From contig CAVPHD010000004.1 in the NCBI GenBank assembly GCA_963704165.1, positions 512,001 to 576,000 on the forward strand: a stretch of 64,000 nt of DNA. Reading direction: 5' to 3'. Made by a program: the position numbers and the translations under genes. Positions 50,301-59,395 of this stretch are shown here, piece after piece. The first letter of the stretch is position 1. Every line of letters begins with the position of its first letter. Source of the DNA: an uncultured delta proteobacterium. GTDB taxonomy: Bacteria; Myxococcota_A; UBA9160; SZUA-336. The notes below the pieces were generated by a model. That model saw only the letters and a list, made by a program, of their open reading frames with translations. It was not told where the DNA came from and searched no databases.

Positions 50301-51578
50301 ATGGATCCTCTTCTCGGTGCCCTGATCATCGTCGCGTGTCTTCTGTCGTCGGCCTTCTTCTCCGCCAGCGAGACGGCGCTTCTGCGGATGCGTGCGCACG
50401 AGCTCGAGAAGGACATCCGAGAGGCGCGCGGACCCGCCGCGTTCGCGATCCGTGACCTGCTCGGCTCGACCTCGCGGCTGCTCGTGACGATCCTGCTTGC
50501 GAACTCGCTCGTGAACATCCTCGGTCCGAGCGTCGCGACCGCGCTGGCCGTCGAATGGCTGGGCGCTCAGCCCGGGGTCCTGGCCTCGACGGCCGTCATG
50601 ACGGCGCTGATCCTGGTCTTCGGCGAGGTTCTGCCCAAGGCACTCGCGGCCTCCCACCCGCGCCGCGTCTCCCACGCGGTGGCACTGCCCTTGTACCTGC
50701 TCCACAAGATGCTCTGGCCGGCGCACCTGGTTTTCGCGCGGATCATCGAGCCGTTCGTTCGGCGAGTGGCGGGAACCGCCGAGGAGGGGCCGCCGATGAC
50801 CACGGTCGAGGACGTGCTCCGGCTCGCGCGTGCCGCGTCGGCTTCCCAATCCGATGCGCACCCCGACGCACACCCGCTCGAGATCATCGGCTCCGCCGCG
50901 GGTGCCGCGAACATGACCGTGATGGAGATCATGGTGCCGCGCGCCGAAATCGTCGCATTTCCGAACGACATCTCCCCGTCGGACCTGCTCGAGAAGGTGA
51001 TGGAGGAGCGCTACACGCGCGTCCTCATCTACGAGGGCTCGATCGACAAGACGCTCGGGATCGTCCACCTGAAGGATCTGATCAAGCTGCTCTCGTCGGA
51101 AGGCGGGGATCTGGCGTCGATCGTGAAGCCGATCCTCCGCGTACCCGGGCGCAAGCCGATCCTGCGGTTGCTCGCCGACATGCAGCGGAACTTCGTGCAC
51201 CTCGCCGTGGTGAAGGACGAGTTCGGCGTGACCCTCGGTCTGGTCACGCAGGAGGACATCCTCGAGGAGATCGTCGGCGAGATCCGCGACGAGTTCGACC
51301 GCGAGGAGCTGCTCACCATCCGAGAGCTTCCCGACGGAGCCTGCGAGGCGCTCGGCCGGGTCAAGGTCGTCGACTTCAACCGCGAGACGGGTTGGGAGGT
51401 TCCGGCCGAGCGTGGCGACACGCTCGCCGGCCTGGTCTTCCACGAGCTCGGCCGCGCGCCGCGCGAGGGTGACGTCGTGTGCGTGCCCGGCTACGAGTTC
51501 CGCATCGCCGACATTTCGGGCACCCGCATCACGCAGGTGGTCGTGCGACGGAACCCGGACGAGGCCACCGAGCGCTAG
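50301..51578 (+). CDS. CNNM/CorC (HlyC) family protein: DUF21 + CBS pair + CorC domain
   Basis: FFSASETA, FGEVLPK, IMVPR, DEFG...EDILEEIVGEIRDE. Confidence 0.93.
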   Translation: MDPLLGALIIVACLLSSAFFSASETALLRMRAHELEKDIREARGPAAFAIRDLLGSTSRLLVTILLANSLVNILGPSVATALAVEWLGAQPGVLASTAVMTALILVFGEVLPKALAASHPRRVSHAVALPLYLLHKMLWPAHLVFARIIEPFVRRVAGTAEEGPPMTTVEDVLRLARAASASQSDAHPDAHPLEIIGSAAGAANMTVMEIMVPRAEIVAFPNDISPSDLLEKVMEERYTRVLIYEGSIDKTLGIVHLKDLIKLLSSEGGDLASIVKPILRVPGRKPILRLLADMQRNFVHLAVVKDEFGVTLGLVTQEDILEEIVGEIRDEFDREELLTIRELPDGACEALGRVKVVDFNRETGWEVPAERGDTLAGLVFHELGRAPREGDVVCVPGYEFRIADISGTRITQVVVRRNPDEATER

Positions 51579-51814
51579 ACGTCCTCGTCCTCGTCGATCG
51601 GCTTCAGCAGGATCGGCGAGGGCGCGTACTCGGGTCCGTCCTTCCAGCCCGGGATCCGCTCGGCCTCGGCCAGCCACGACCGCGCGATCGATTCCTCGAC
51701 GACGACGCTCGAGTTGTCGAACGACTCGAGCAGGCTTTCCCAGAGCGCGCGGCCGCCGCTCGCCCACCAGAGCCGCGCGGGATTCTCGAAGTCGATGGCC
51801 AGCTTCACGAGCAC
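51575..51814 (-). CDS. Small hypothetical protein
   Basis: 79-aa ORF with natural composition, preceded by TACCCT-N7-GTG. Confidence 0.7.
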   Translation of the reverse strand: MLVKLAIDFENPARLWWASGGRALWESLLESFDNSSVVVEESIARSWLAEAERIPGWKDGPEYAPSPILLKPIDEDEDV

Positions 51815-51854
51815 GGGGCGCAGGGTAGCGGATCGCTCGTTCCGCGCGCCCCGC

Positions 51855-52613
51855 TCAGTTCATCATCGCGGCGCGCATGCGCGAGCGCAGCCGCGAGACC
51901 GCCTTCGAGTGGATCTGGCAGACGCGGGACTCGGTGATCCCGAGGATCTGCCCGATCTCCTTCAGGTTCAGGTCCTCGTAGTAGTAGAGCGAGATCACCA
52001 GGCGCTCCTTCTCGGGCAGCCCGGCGATGCCGTTCGCGAGCGCCTGGGTCAGCTCGCGCTGCTTCAGCTGAGCGAACGGGTCCTCGGCGTTCACGTCCTC
52101 GAGGTTTCCGCTCGGCAGCGGCTGATCGTTGTCGCTCTGTCCGCGCAGGTCGTCGAGATTCACCATCGACACGCCGCGTGTCTGGTTCACCAAGGTGTGG
52201 AAGTCGTCGATCGGGAGGCCGAGGGTTCCCGCGACCTCGTCGTGGGTGGCGGGCCGGCCGAGTCTCTGCTCGACGGAGTTCGTCGCCTGCTCGAGCTGGC
52301 GGCTCTTCTGGCGCACCGAGCGCGGAACCCAGTCGAGCGAGCGAAGCTGGTCGAGGATCGCGCCACGTATGCGGAACTCCGCATAGGTCTTGAACTTGCA
52401 GTCCTTGGTCGGGTCGTACTTGTCGACCGCGTCCATCAGGCCGATCACGCCGGTGTTGTGCAGATCCTCGAGGTCCACGTGGGAGGGCAGCCGCACCGCG
52501 ATCCGGCTCACGATGTAACTGATCAACGAGGTGTGTTCGATCACGATCCGTTCTTTCAGTTCAGGCGGGACCCGCCCATGTCGTGCCCAAGCCTTCCGGA
52601 TCAGAGTCTCCAT
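51855..52613 (-). CDS. fliA: FliA/WhiG family RNA polymerase sigma factor (sigma28)
   Basis: FKTYAEFRIRGAILDQLRSLDWVPRSVR, LYYYEDLNLKEIG, ESRVCQIH; SD-like GGAGAGGG before ATG 52613. Confidence 0.93.
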   Translation of the reverse strand: METLIRKAWARHGRVPPELKERIVIEHTSLISYIVSRIAVRLPSHVDLEDLHNTGVIGLMDAVDKYDPTKDCKFKTYAEFRIRGAILDQLRSLDWVPRSVRQKSRQLEQATNSVEQRLGRPATHDEVAGTLGLPIDDFHTLVNQTRGVSMVNLDDLRGQSDNDQPLPSGNLEDVNAEDPFAQLKQRELTQALANGIAGLPEKERLVISLYYYEDLNLKEIGQILGITESRVCQIHSKAVSRLRSRMRAAMMN

Positions 52614-52694
52614 CCGTTCCCTCTCCTCTACGAGCTTCCGCGAGTTGCTTCGGACCTGCGCGCGCTCGGATGTGCAAGGCGGGTGCCCGGCGCT

Positions 52695-52722
52695 GAATCG
52701 GCTCCGAATGGCTCGCCCTTGA
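52695..52722 (-). promoter_or_regulatory. Putative sigma28 promoter of fliA (autoregulation)
   Basis: TCAAG-N15-GCCGATTC. Confidence 0.65.
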
Positions 52723-52895
52723 GGACCGGCAAGTACCGCGCAGCACACCGGAAGATCCCGAGAATGCACGGGAATTCCGGAGCGTCGGGGTCGGGTACGC
52801 GGCTCGGTGAAGCCCCCCCGGAGCGGGCCCGGCGAGGCCCCGCGCCGTCGGATCCTTGACGCTCGAGCGACCGGGTCGCGTTGGCTTTCCGACGC

Positions 52896-52922
52896 TCAAT
52901 CTCGGCTGCGAAAAGCCGAATT
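52896..52922 (+). promoter_or_regulatory. Putative sigma28 promoter of the PilZ gene
   Basis: TCAAT-N14-GCCGAATT, 7 nt before GTG 52930. Confidence 0.55.
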
Positions 52923-52929
52923 ACGCTGC

Positions 52930-53307
52930 GTGGTCTACGAATCCGACTCTCTTCGACCGCTGCCGACGCGACGGGTCGCGACGCGCTACGTCGTCCGGAT
53001 TGGAGTGATTCTCCACGTCGGGGAGCGGGCGATCGAAGCCGCGATGGTGGACATCTCCGCCAGCGGTGCGCTCGTCGAGTGTGCGCCGCTCGGGATCGCG
53101 CCCGGTGCGAGCATCATGATCGAAATCGAGACCTTCAAGGTCGACCCGCCCATCCGCATGCTCGCGAAGCACGTGCGCGACACCGTCACGGGCTGCGCGC
53201 TGCGGTTCGCCGACGTCGATCCTTTCCTGCGCGTCTTCGTGAAGCTGGTGCACTCGAGTGAGGAATCCGAGGAGGACCCGCTCGAGAAGCTGCTGGCGGA
53301 GTCCTGA
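52930..53307 (+). CDS. Stand-alone PilZ domain protein
   Basis: RVATR (RxxxR) and DISASG (DxSxxG) c-di-GMP motifs. Confidence 0.85.
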   Translation: MVYESDSLRPLPTRRVATRYVVRIGVILHVGERAIEAAMVDISASGALVECAPLGIAPGASIMIEIETFKVDPPIRMLAKHVRDTVTGCALRFADVDPFLRVFVKLVHSSEESEEDPLEKLLAES

Positions 53308-53333
53308 CGCCCGGATTCGCGTAGGATCGCCGT

Positions 53334-54083
53334 GTGGACCTCGGACTCCGCGGCAGGACGGCGATCGTCACGGGCGGCGCCTCGGGCATCGGCCTCGAGA
53401 CGTCGCGCGTGTTGGCGCGCGAGGGCGTGCGGATCGTGATCGCGGATCTCGACCCCGCGCGCATCGCGAGCGCGCGGTCGGAGCTGGAGAAGATCGGCGT
53501 CGAGACGGCGGGCGTGGAGACCGACGTCTGCCGCTACGCGGACTGCGAGCGACTGCTCGGTTCGACGATCGACCGCTTCGGCGACGTCGAGATCCTGGTG
53601 GCGAGCGCCGGAATCAACCGCGAGGACTTCTTCCTGAAGCAGCGGCCCGAGGACTGGCGCGCGCTCCTCGACGTGAATGTGATGGGCGTCCTCCACGTGA
53701 ACCACGTCGTCGGCGCACACATGGTCGAGCGCCGAGCCGGAGCGATCGTGAATCTGGGATCCGAGGCGGGCAAGGTCGGAGAGAAACGCATGGTCGCCTA
53801 CTCGGCGACGAAGGGTGCGGTGATCGCGTTCACGAAGGCCTTCGCCACCGAAGTCGGCCGCGCGAACGTGCGGGTGAACGCGGTCTGCCCCGGCGTGACC
53901 CGAACGCCGATGACGGCGAGCATGAGCGACGAGATCCGCGAGCGGGCGGCACGGCTCTACCCGCTCGGCCGGCTCGGCGAGCCCGCCGACATCGCGTCGA
54001 TGATCGTCTTCCTGGCCAGCGACCAGGCGAGCTGGGTGACGGGGCAGGCCTTCAGCGTCTCGGGCGGGTTCGGCCGCTCCTGA
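53334..54083 (+). CDS. SDR family NAD(P)-dependent oxidoreductase
   Basis: TGGASGIG, YSATK, VNAVCPG. Confidence 0.93.
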   Translation: MDLGLRGRTAIVTGGASGIGLETSRVLAREGVRIVIADLDPARIASARSELEKIGVETAGVETDVCRYADCERLLGSTIDRFGDVEILVASAGINREDFFLKQRPEDWRALLDVNVMGVLHVNHVVGAHMVERRAGAIVNLGSEAGKVGEKRMVAYSATKGAVIAFTKAFATEVGRANVRVNAVCPGVTRTPMTASMSDEIRERAARLYPLGRLGEPADIASMIVFLASDQASWVTGQAFSVSGGFGRS

Positions 54084-54147
54084 GGGCGCAGATCCGGCGC
54101 TCCTGTCCACGAGAGGACGCGGCCCTCGCGCGGTCGAGATCTTCCGC

Positions 54148-54175
54148 TGAACCTCCTCACGCGCTCCGCCGATAC
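54148..54175 (+). promoter_or_regulatory. Putative sigma28-type promoter of the 54196 gene
   Basis: TGAAC-N15-GCCGATAC, 20 nt before ATG. Confidence 0.5.
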
Positions 54176-54195
54176 CAGAGCTACCGAAGCTCACC

Positions 54196-54960
54196 ATGGC
54201 GGAACCAAGCACGGCATTTCCGAGCACGCTTCTGCGACAGCGCTTCGAGCGCGCTCGCAGCCTGCCGATCGCGGCCCAGGTGCGCGAGTGCGTGGACTAC
54301 CTGCAGAACCCCGAGGTTCTGATCGAGGAGTTCATCGACGCCTATACCGCGGTCGAGAGCTGTTGCGATCCCGCGGACCAACGCTTCTCGGTGTGCACGC
54401 CCGCCGACGCCTCGGCCAAGGAGCGCAAGGCGTCCCTCGACCAGCTCTTCGGGAAGGGGATGGTCTCGGTCTTCGACCTGGTGCCCTACGAGTTTCTCTG
54501 CGTCGCGCGCGACGTCTCTTCAGTTTCCCGGAGCCTGGATCTCAAGCGGCCTCGCGCGGACGGGCTCGACTACGTGGGTCGGATCGTCGGTGAAGAACCG
54601 CTCGCGGTGATCGGCGTCGCGGAGTACGGCGAGGAGACCTCGCCGTACGCGCTCTTCCTGCGCTTGATCACGTGCCTGTCGGAGCTCGCGCCGGACGCCC
54701 AGCTGCGCGCGGCCGATGAAGCCATCTTCAAAGGCGGGCTCGGCGCCGAGCCCAAACTCGACCTGCACCTGCTGCTTCGGGAGTCGGAGGACGAGGTCGC
54801 GAGCGGCACGCTGCGGCAGCTGACGCACGATCTCGCCGAGGTCTTCCATGCCGGCGTCGCCGAGGAATGGCAGTTCCCCGACGTGCTTCGGAACATCGTC
54901 TGTCTCGTGCCCGCGACGCCGGGATCCGAGGAGAACCTCTTCGTCGATTGGTGCGTCTGA
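54196..54960 (+). CDS. Hypothetical protein
   Basis: 254-aa ORF with natural composition; no family recognised with confidence. Confidence 0.75.
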   Translation: MAEPSTAFPSTLLRQRFERARSLPIAAQVRECVDYLQNPEVLIEEFIDAYTAVESCCDPADQRFSVCTPADASAKERKASLDQLFGKGMVSVFDLVPYEFLCVARDVSSVSRSLDLKRPRADGLDYVGRIVGEEPLAVIGVAEYGEETSPYALFLRLITCLSELAPDAQLRAADEAIFKGGLGAEPKLDLHLLLRESEDEVASGTLRQLTHDLAEVFHAGVAEEWQFPDVLRNIVCLVPATPGSEENLFVDWCV

Positions 54961-54970
54961 CGCCCTGATC

Positions 54971-55423
54971 TCAGGCGGCCGGAAGCAGCTCGCTCGCGAT
55001 TCGCCTCGCGAGATTCCCGTCGATGTCGGCCTTGTGCGCCTTCATGACCGCACCCATCACGCGCCCGAGGTCCTTGGCACTTTGCGCGCCGGATTCCGCG
55101 ATCGCGGCCTGGACCCAGGCGCGCGTCGTCGCCTCGTCGGCGAGCTTGGGCAGGAAGGTCAGAATCACCTCGAGCTCCGCCTTCTCGGCCGCGGCCTGCT
55201 CCGCTCGGCCCGCCGTCTCGAACGCCTCGATGCTCTCGTGGCGCTGCTTCTCGAGGCGGCGCAAGATCGGCAGGCACTCTTCGTCCGACACGGTCTCCGA
55301 GGCATCTTCCTTCATGCGCACGAGAAACGCCGCCCGAATGCTTCGAAGCGCCTGAAGCTCGAGCTTGCGCTGACCGCGCATCGCGTCTTTCATCTGTGCA
55401 TTCACCTGATCGAAGATCGACAT
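54971..55423 (-). CDS. GatB/YqeY domain-containing protein
   Basis: MKDAMR, KQRHESIEAF, FLPK, DLGRVMG, DG. Confidence 0.92.
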   Translation of the reverse strand: MSIFDQVNAQMKDAMRGQRKLELQALRSIRAAFLVRMKEDASETVSDEECLPILRRLEKQRHESIEAFETAGRAEQAAAEKAELEVILTFLPKLADEATTRAWVQAAIAESGAQSAKDLGRVMGAVMKAHKADIDGNLARRIASELLPAA

Positions 55424-55463
55424 CGGTTCTCCCGTCACTCGCTGCACCGAGGAGTCTGCCACA

Positions 55464-56627
55464 GTGAATTGGATCCGAGCAGGGGCGCTGTGTCTCGTCG
55501 TCATCGGTTGTGCAACAGCGCCCGCGCCATCGCTCGGTCCGGCGGTGTTTCGCGCGCCCGAGTCGGCCGAGGCGCCCGAGCGCTATTCGGCGTGGTTCGC
55601 CGACGAGCGCGACGGCGTCGTCTACTTCGGGCTCTCCGATTTCTGGACTTCGTTCTGGGCGACCGGGGATCCGATGGCCGAGCTTCGCGAGCCCGGCGCA
55701 CATCGGATCGGGCGCTTCGACCTCGCGAGCGAGTCGTTCCTGAAGCCGCTCGTCGCGCGCGAGGCGGGGCCGGACGTGCGCGCATCGGTCTGGGACGTGC
55801 TCGCGCACCCGAACGGCTGGGTCTACTACACGACGTTCTACGAAGAGATGGGTCGCGTGAATCCGGCGACGGGCGCGGTCGAACGCTTCTCGAGCCTCGG
55901 CCGCGGATTGAACGAGCTCGCGCTCGCGGCCGATGGGCGGATCTTCGCGACGCGCTACGGCTCCGGAGTCGAAGACCCCCGAGCTCGATCCGACGGCGCG
56001 CTCGTCGTGCTGTCCCAAGAAGGTGAGAGGCTTCGCGAGATCCGCCTGCACGCGCGCGATGGTGCCGTGACCGCGGCAAAGAGCGTCGCGTGCGATCCGA
56101 GCACCGGGCACGTCTTCGTCAACGCCGACGTGATCCTCGACGACGGGGGTGTGGAGTACGCCCGCTTCGAGCTCGACGCGGAGCTGTCGCTCGTGCACGG
56201 AGCGGTGGGCGATCCCGAGCTGGTCTTCGTCGCGTTCGCCCCCGACGGCCGCGGGGTTCTGATCGAGGACGAAGCCGGGCAGGTCCGCCTCTCGATTCTC
56301 GAGTCGGGGCGCGAGCGCGCCACGGTCGACCTCGGCCCGCGGCTGCCGCACGACTTCGCCCAGGATGTCCACTTCGCGCCCGACGGCACGGCCGCGGTCG
56401 CGTTCTGGTCCGGCCGGATCGAGCTCGTGCGCGAGCACGAGGGCCGTTTCGAGCACGCGCGGCTCGACCTCGACAAGCCCGCCGCGTGCGAGCCGCCCGC
56501 CGGCCGCTCGCTCGTGTACAGCGCGTTCGTCCGTTCGAGTTCCGTGTACGCGACACTGTACTGTGGCGAGACGATTCTGCGCGGGGACCTGCCGTCGGAC
56601 TGGAGGCCGGTCCTGCCCGCGCCCTAG
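55464..56627 (+). CDS. Hypothetical lipoprotein, probable beta-propeller
   Basis: Lipobox VIGC; repeated xAPDG/HPNG blade-like turns. Confidence 0.75.
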   Translation: MNWIRAGALCLVVIGCATAPAPSLGPAVFRAPESAEAPERYSAWFADERDGVVYFGLSDFWTSFWATGDPMAELREPGAHRIGRFDLASESFLKPLVAREAGPDVRASVWDVLAHPNGWVYYTTFYEEMGRVNPATGAVERFSSLGRGLNELALAADGRIFATRYGSGVEDPRARSDGALVVLSQEGERLREIRLHARDGAVTAAKSVACDPSTGHVFVNADVILDDGGVEYARFELDAELSLVHGAVGDPELVFVAFAPDGRGVLIEDEAGQVRLSILESGRERATVDLGPRLPHDFAQDVHFAPDGTAAVAFWSGRIELVREHEGRFEHARLDLDKPAACEPPAGRSLVYSAFVRSSSVYATLYCGETILRGDLPSDWRPVLPAP

Positions 56628-57505
56628 ATCGAGCGGTCGTGCGCCTTCCGCGTCGGGCGCATCAAGCCCTCCTGCGCGACCGAGGCGACGAGCTTGCCAT
56701 CGCGGGTGAAGATCGTGCCGCGCGCGAAGCCACGCGCGCCCGACGCGGCCGGGCTCTCCTGCACGTAGAGCAGCCAGTCGTCGGCGCGAATCGCGTGGTG
56801 GAACCAGATCGCGTGATCGAGGCTCGCCGTCATCACCGGACCGAGCAACCCCGAGCGGCCGTGCGGAAGGACCACCGTGTCGAGCAGCGACATGTCGGAA
56901 GCGTAGGCGACCACGCACTGGTGCAGAAACGGATCCTCGGGAAGCGCCGACGAGGCGCGGAACCAGACCATGTTCCCGCCGCGTCGCGGTCCGCCGCCGA
57001 GGAACGTCGGTGCCTCGACGTGGCGAAGGTCGATGGGGCGATCGTCGCGCACCCAATGGAAGCTGTCCTTCGGCAGCAAGTCGCGGGCCCGTTCGGCGCG
57101 CTCGGCCCAGGTCGGCAGCGACTCGGGCGTCGGCGCGGAGGGGATCTCCAACTGCTGGTGCTCGTAGCCGGTCTCGCCCACTTGAAACGAGACGGACATG
57201 TTGAAGATCGCCTGACCGCGCTGGATCGCGACCACGCATCGCGTGGTGAAGCTCTGGCCGTCGCGGATCCGATCGACGGTGTAGAGCACCGGCACGCGCG
57301 GATCGCCGGGGCGCAGGAAATAGGCGTGCAGCGAGTGGGCTTTGCGGCCGGTCACGGTGCGTCCGGCGGCGGCGAGCGCTTGGGCGGCGACTTGCCCTCC
57401 GAAGAGCCGCTCTCGCTGCCCGCGTTCGTTGCGGCCGCGGTAGATGTTCTGATCGATTTCCTCGAGGTCCAAGAGCTCGAGCAGTCCCTGCAGCGTCTCG
57501 CCCAT
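56624..57505 (-). CDS. tesB: Acyl-CoA thioesterase II
   Basis: FGGQVAAQAL, HSLHAYFLRPG, RDGQSF, YASD, SLDHAIWFH, QEG. Confidence 0.93.
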   Translation of the reverse strand: MGETLQGLLELLDLEEIDQNIYRGRNERGQRERLFGGQVAAQALAAAGRTVTGRKAHSLHAYFLRPGDPRVPVLYTVDRIRDGQSFTTRCVVAIQRGQAIFNMSVSFQVGETGYEHQQLEIPSAPTPESLPTWAERAERARDLLPKDSFHWVRDDRPIDLRHVEAPTFLGGGPRRGGNMVWFRASSALPEDPFLHQCVVAYASDMSLLDTVVLPHGRSGLLGPVMTASLDHAIWFHHAIRADDWLLYVQESPAASGARGFARGTIFTRDGKLVASVAQEGLMRPTRKAHDRSI

Positions 57506-57560
57506 GCCGGATGCTTAGCAGAATGGACCGGCTGCTACACTGCGGGCCGGAGGTCCGGAG

Positions 57561-57995
57561 TTGGAGATCAACGGCATGGCTCACGTCATCCTGACGGTGG
57601 GCGACTTCGCGCGCGCGCGTCCCTTCTACCGCGATCTCCTGGTGTTTCTGGGCCTCAAACCGGTGATCGACTCGCCCGAGTACCTCTACTGCGTCGGTGG
57701 GCGCACCGCGCTCGGAATTCGGCCGGCCGGCGGCGCGCGATCCCCCGAGGCGTTCTCGCAGGAGCGCCCGGGTCTGCACCACTTGTGCTTTCGCGCGCGT
57801 TCGCGCGACGACGTCGACGGAATCCACGAGTTCCTCGTCGCCCGGGGAGCGCGCATCGTGCACCCACCGGAAGCGGGCGCGTTCGCACCCGGCTACTACT
57901 CGGTTCTCTTCGAGGATCCCGAGGGAATCCGACTCGAAGCGAACTTCGTTCCGGGTCGGGGTCTGCTCGAGCCCGGCGCGAAGTTGGGCTTTTGA
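57561..57995 (+). CDS. VOC (glyoxalase) family protein
   Basis: HVILTV, GLHHLCF, YYSVLFEDPEGIRLE. Confidence 0.9.
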   Translation: MEINGMAHVILTVGDFARARPFYRDLLVFLGLKPVIDSPEYLYCVGGRTALGIRPAGGARSPEAFSQERPGLHHLCFRARSRDDVDGIHEFLVARGARIVHPPEAGAFAPGYYSVLFEDPEGIRLEANFVPGRGLLEPGAKLGF

Positions 57996-58342
57996 GCTCC
58001 GAGGACGACATCACGCCGGGCGAGGAGCTCCACCTCGTGCGCAGCGCGCAGCTCGACTGGATTCACGCGCTCGCCGAACGGCTCACCGAGGCCGGCATCC
58101 CTCGCCACGTGAATCCGCTCGGCGAGCGGCGCGCGACCGACAGCACCTGGGGGCTCTACGTGCGGCAACGGGATCTGTCCCGCGCACGTGAGCTCGACCG
58201 CGAAGTCATGCGCGCGGTCATGCCCGACGTTCCGGAGGACTTCGATCCGGAGGCGCTCGACACGAATCGGTGTCCCGCCTGCGGAGATCCCGTGACGGAG
58301 GGTGTCGGCGAGTGCCCGGGCTGCGGCCTCGCTCTGCTCTGA
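57992..58342 (+). CDS. Small protein with DUF2007-like domain and C-terminal zinc ribbon
   Basis: TTG start overlaps upstream TGA; LTEAGIP...LYV...D; CPACG...CPGCG. Confidence 0.75.
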   Translation: MSSEDDITPGEELHLVRSAQLDWIHALAERLTEAGIPRHVNPLGERRATDSTWGLYVRQRDLSRARELDREVMRAVMPDVPEDFDPEALDTNRCPACGDPVTEGVGECPGCGLALL

Positions 58343-58347
58343 GCGCG

Positions 58348-59361
58348 CTACGAGATCTGGAGAGCCGCCATCATCCCGCGCACGCGCTCGTGGAAGTCGT
58401 ACGGGTAGACGAGCTCGAGCGCCGAGACCTCGTCCAGGCGCTTGCGCGCCTCGTCGGGCAGCATCAGGTCGGCCGCGCCGAGGTTGTCCTCGAGCTGCTC
58501 CAGATTGCGTGCGCCGAAGATCGGTGACGTGACTCCGGGCTGACCGGAGGCCCAGGCGAGCGCAACCTGACTCGCGCTCTTGCCGAGAGTGGTCGCCACG
58601 CTCGCGACCGCCTCGGCGATCGCGAGATTGCGCTCCGAGGCGAAGCGCTCGCGCATCGCGGTGTCGACGGCGGCGCGAGAGCCGGCCGGTGCGGCCGTAC
58701 CCCTGCGGATCTTCCCGGTGAGAAGTCCACCGCCCAGCGGGCTCCACGGAATCACACCGATCTCTTCCTCGAGACAGAGAGGAATGTGCTCGCGTTCGAT
58801 CGTCCGACAGACGAGCGAATACTGCGGCTGCAGCGCATCGAAGCGAACGGCGCCGAGCTCGCGGGCGAGCGCGATCGCCTTCATCAGCTGCCACGCCGAG
58901 TAGTTCGAGCAGCCGAGGTAGCGGACCTTGCCGGCGCGCACGCAGGCATCGAGCGCCAGGATCGTCTCGTCGAGCGGGGTGGTCGGATCGAAGGCGTGGA
59001 CCTGGTAGAGGTCGATGTAGTCGGTCCCGAGCCGGCGCAGGCTCGCGTCGACGGCATCGAGCACGTGCTTTCGGGAAACGCCGAGATCGTTCGGTCCGCG
59101 GCCCATCGGTCCAGCGACCTTGGTCGCGAGCACGACCTGCTGGCGCTTGCTCCGGATCGCGCGTCCCGTGATCTCTTCGGAAACGCCGTTCGAGTAGACA
59201 TCGGCGGTGTCGATGAAGTTGCCGCCAGCGTCGAGAAAGCGCGAGACGATCCGAGTCGAGGTCGGCTCGTCGCAGCCCCACTGCTCGTTCCCGAACGTCA
59301 TCGTGCCGAGACACAAGTTCGAGACCTTGAGGCCGGTGCGGCCGAGTCGGCGCAACTTCAT
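58348..59361 (-). CDS. Aldo/keto reductase
   Basis: LGTMTFG, DTADVY, ATK, DLYQVH, WSPLGGG. Confidence 0.95.
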   Translation of the reverse strand: MKLRRLGRTGLKVSNLCLGTMTFGNEQWGCDEPTSTRIVSRFLDAGGNFIDTADVYSNGVSEEITGRAIRSKRQQVVLATKVAGPMGRGPNDLGVSRKHVLDAVDASLRRLGTDYIDLYQVHAFDPTTPLDETILALDACVRAGKVRYLGCSNYSAWQLMKAIALARELGAVRFDALQPQYSLVCRTIEREHIPLCLEEEIGVIPWSPLGGGLLTGKIRRGTAAPAGSRAAVDTAMRERFASERNLAIAEAVASVATTLGKSASQVALAWASGQPGVTSPIFGARNLEQLEDNLGAADLMLPDEARKRLDEVSALELVYPYDFHERVRGMMAALQIS

Positions 59362-59395
59362 CGCGTTCCTCCGTGCGGTCGAACGGGGAACGCTA

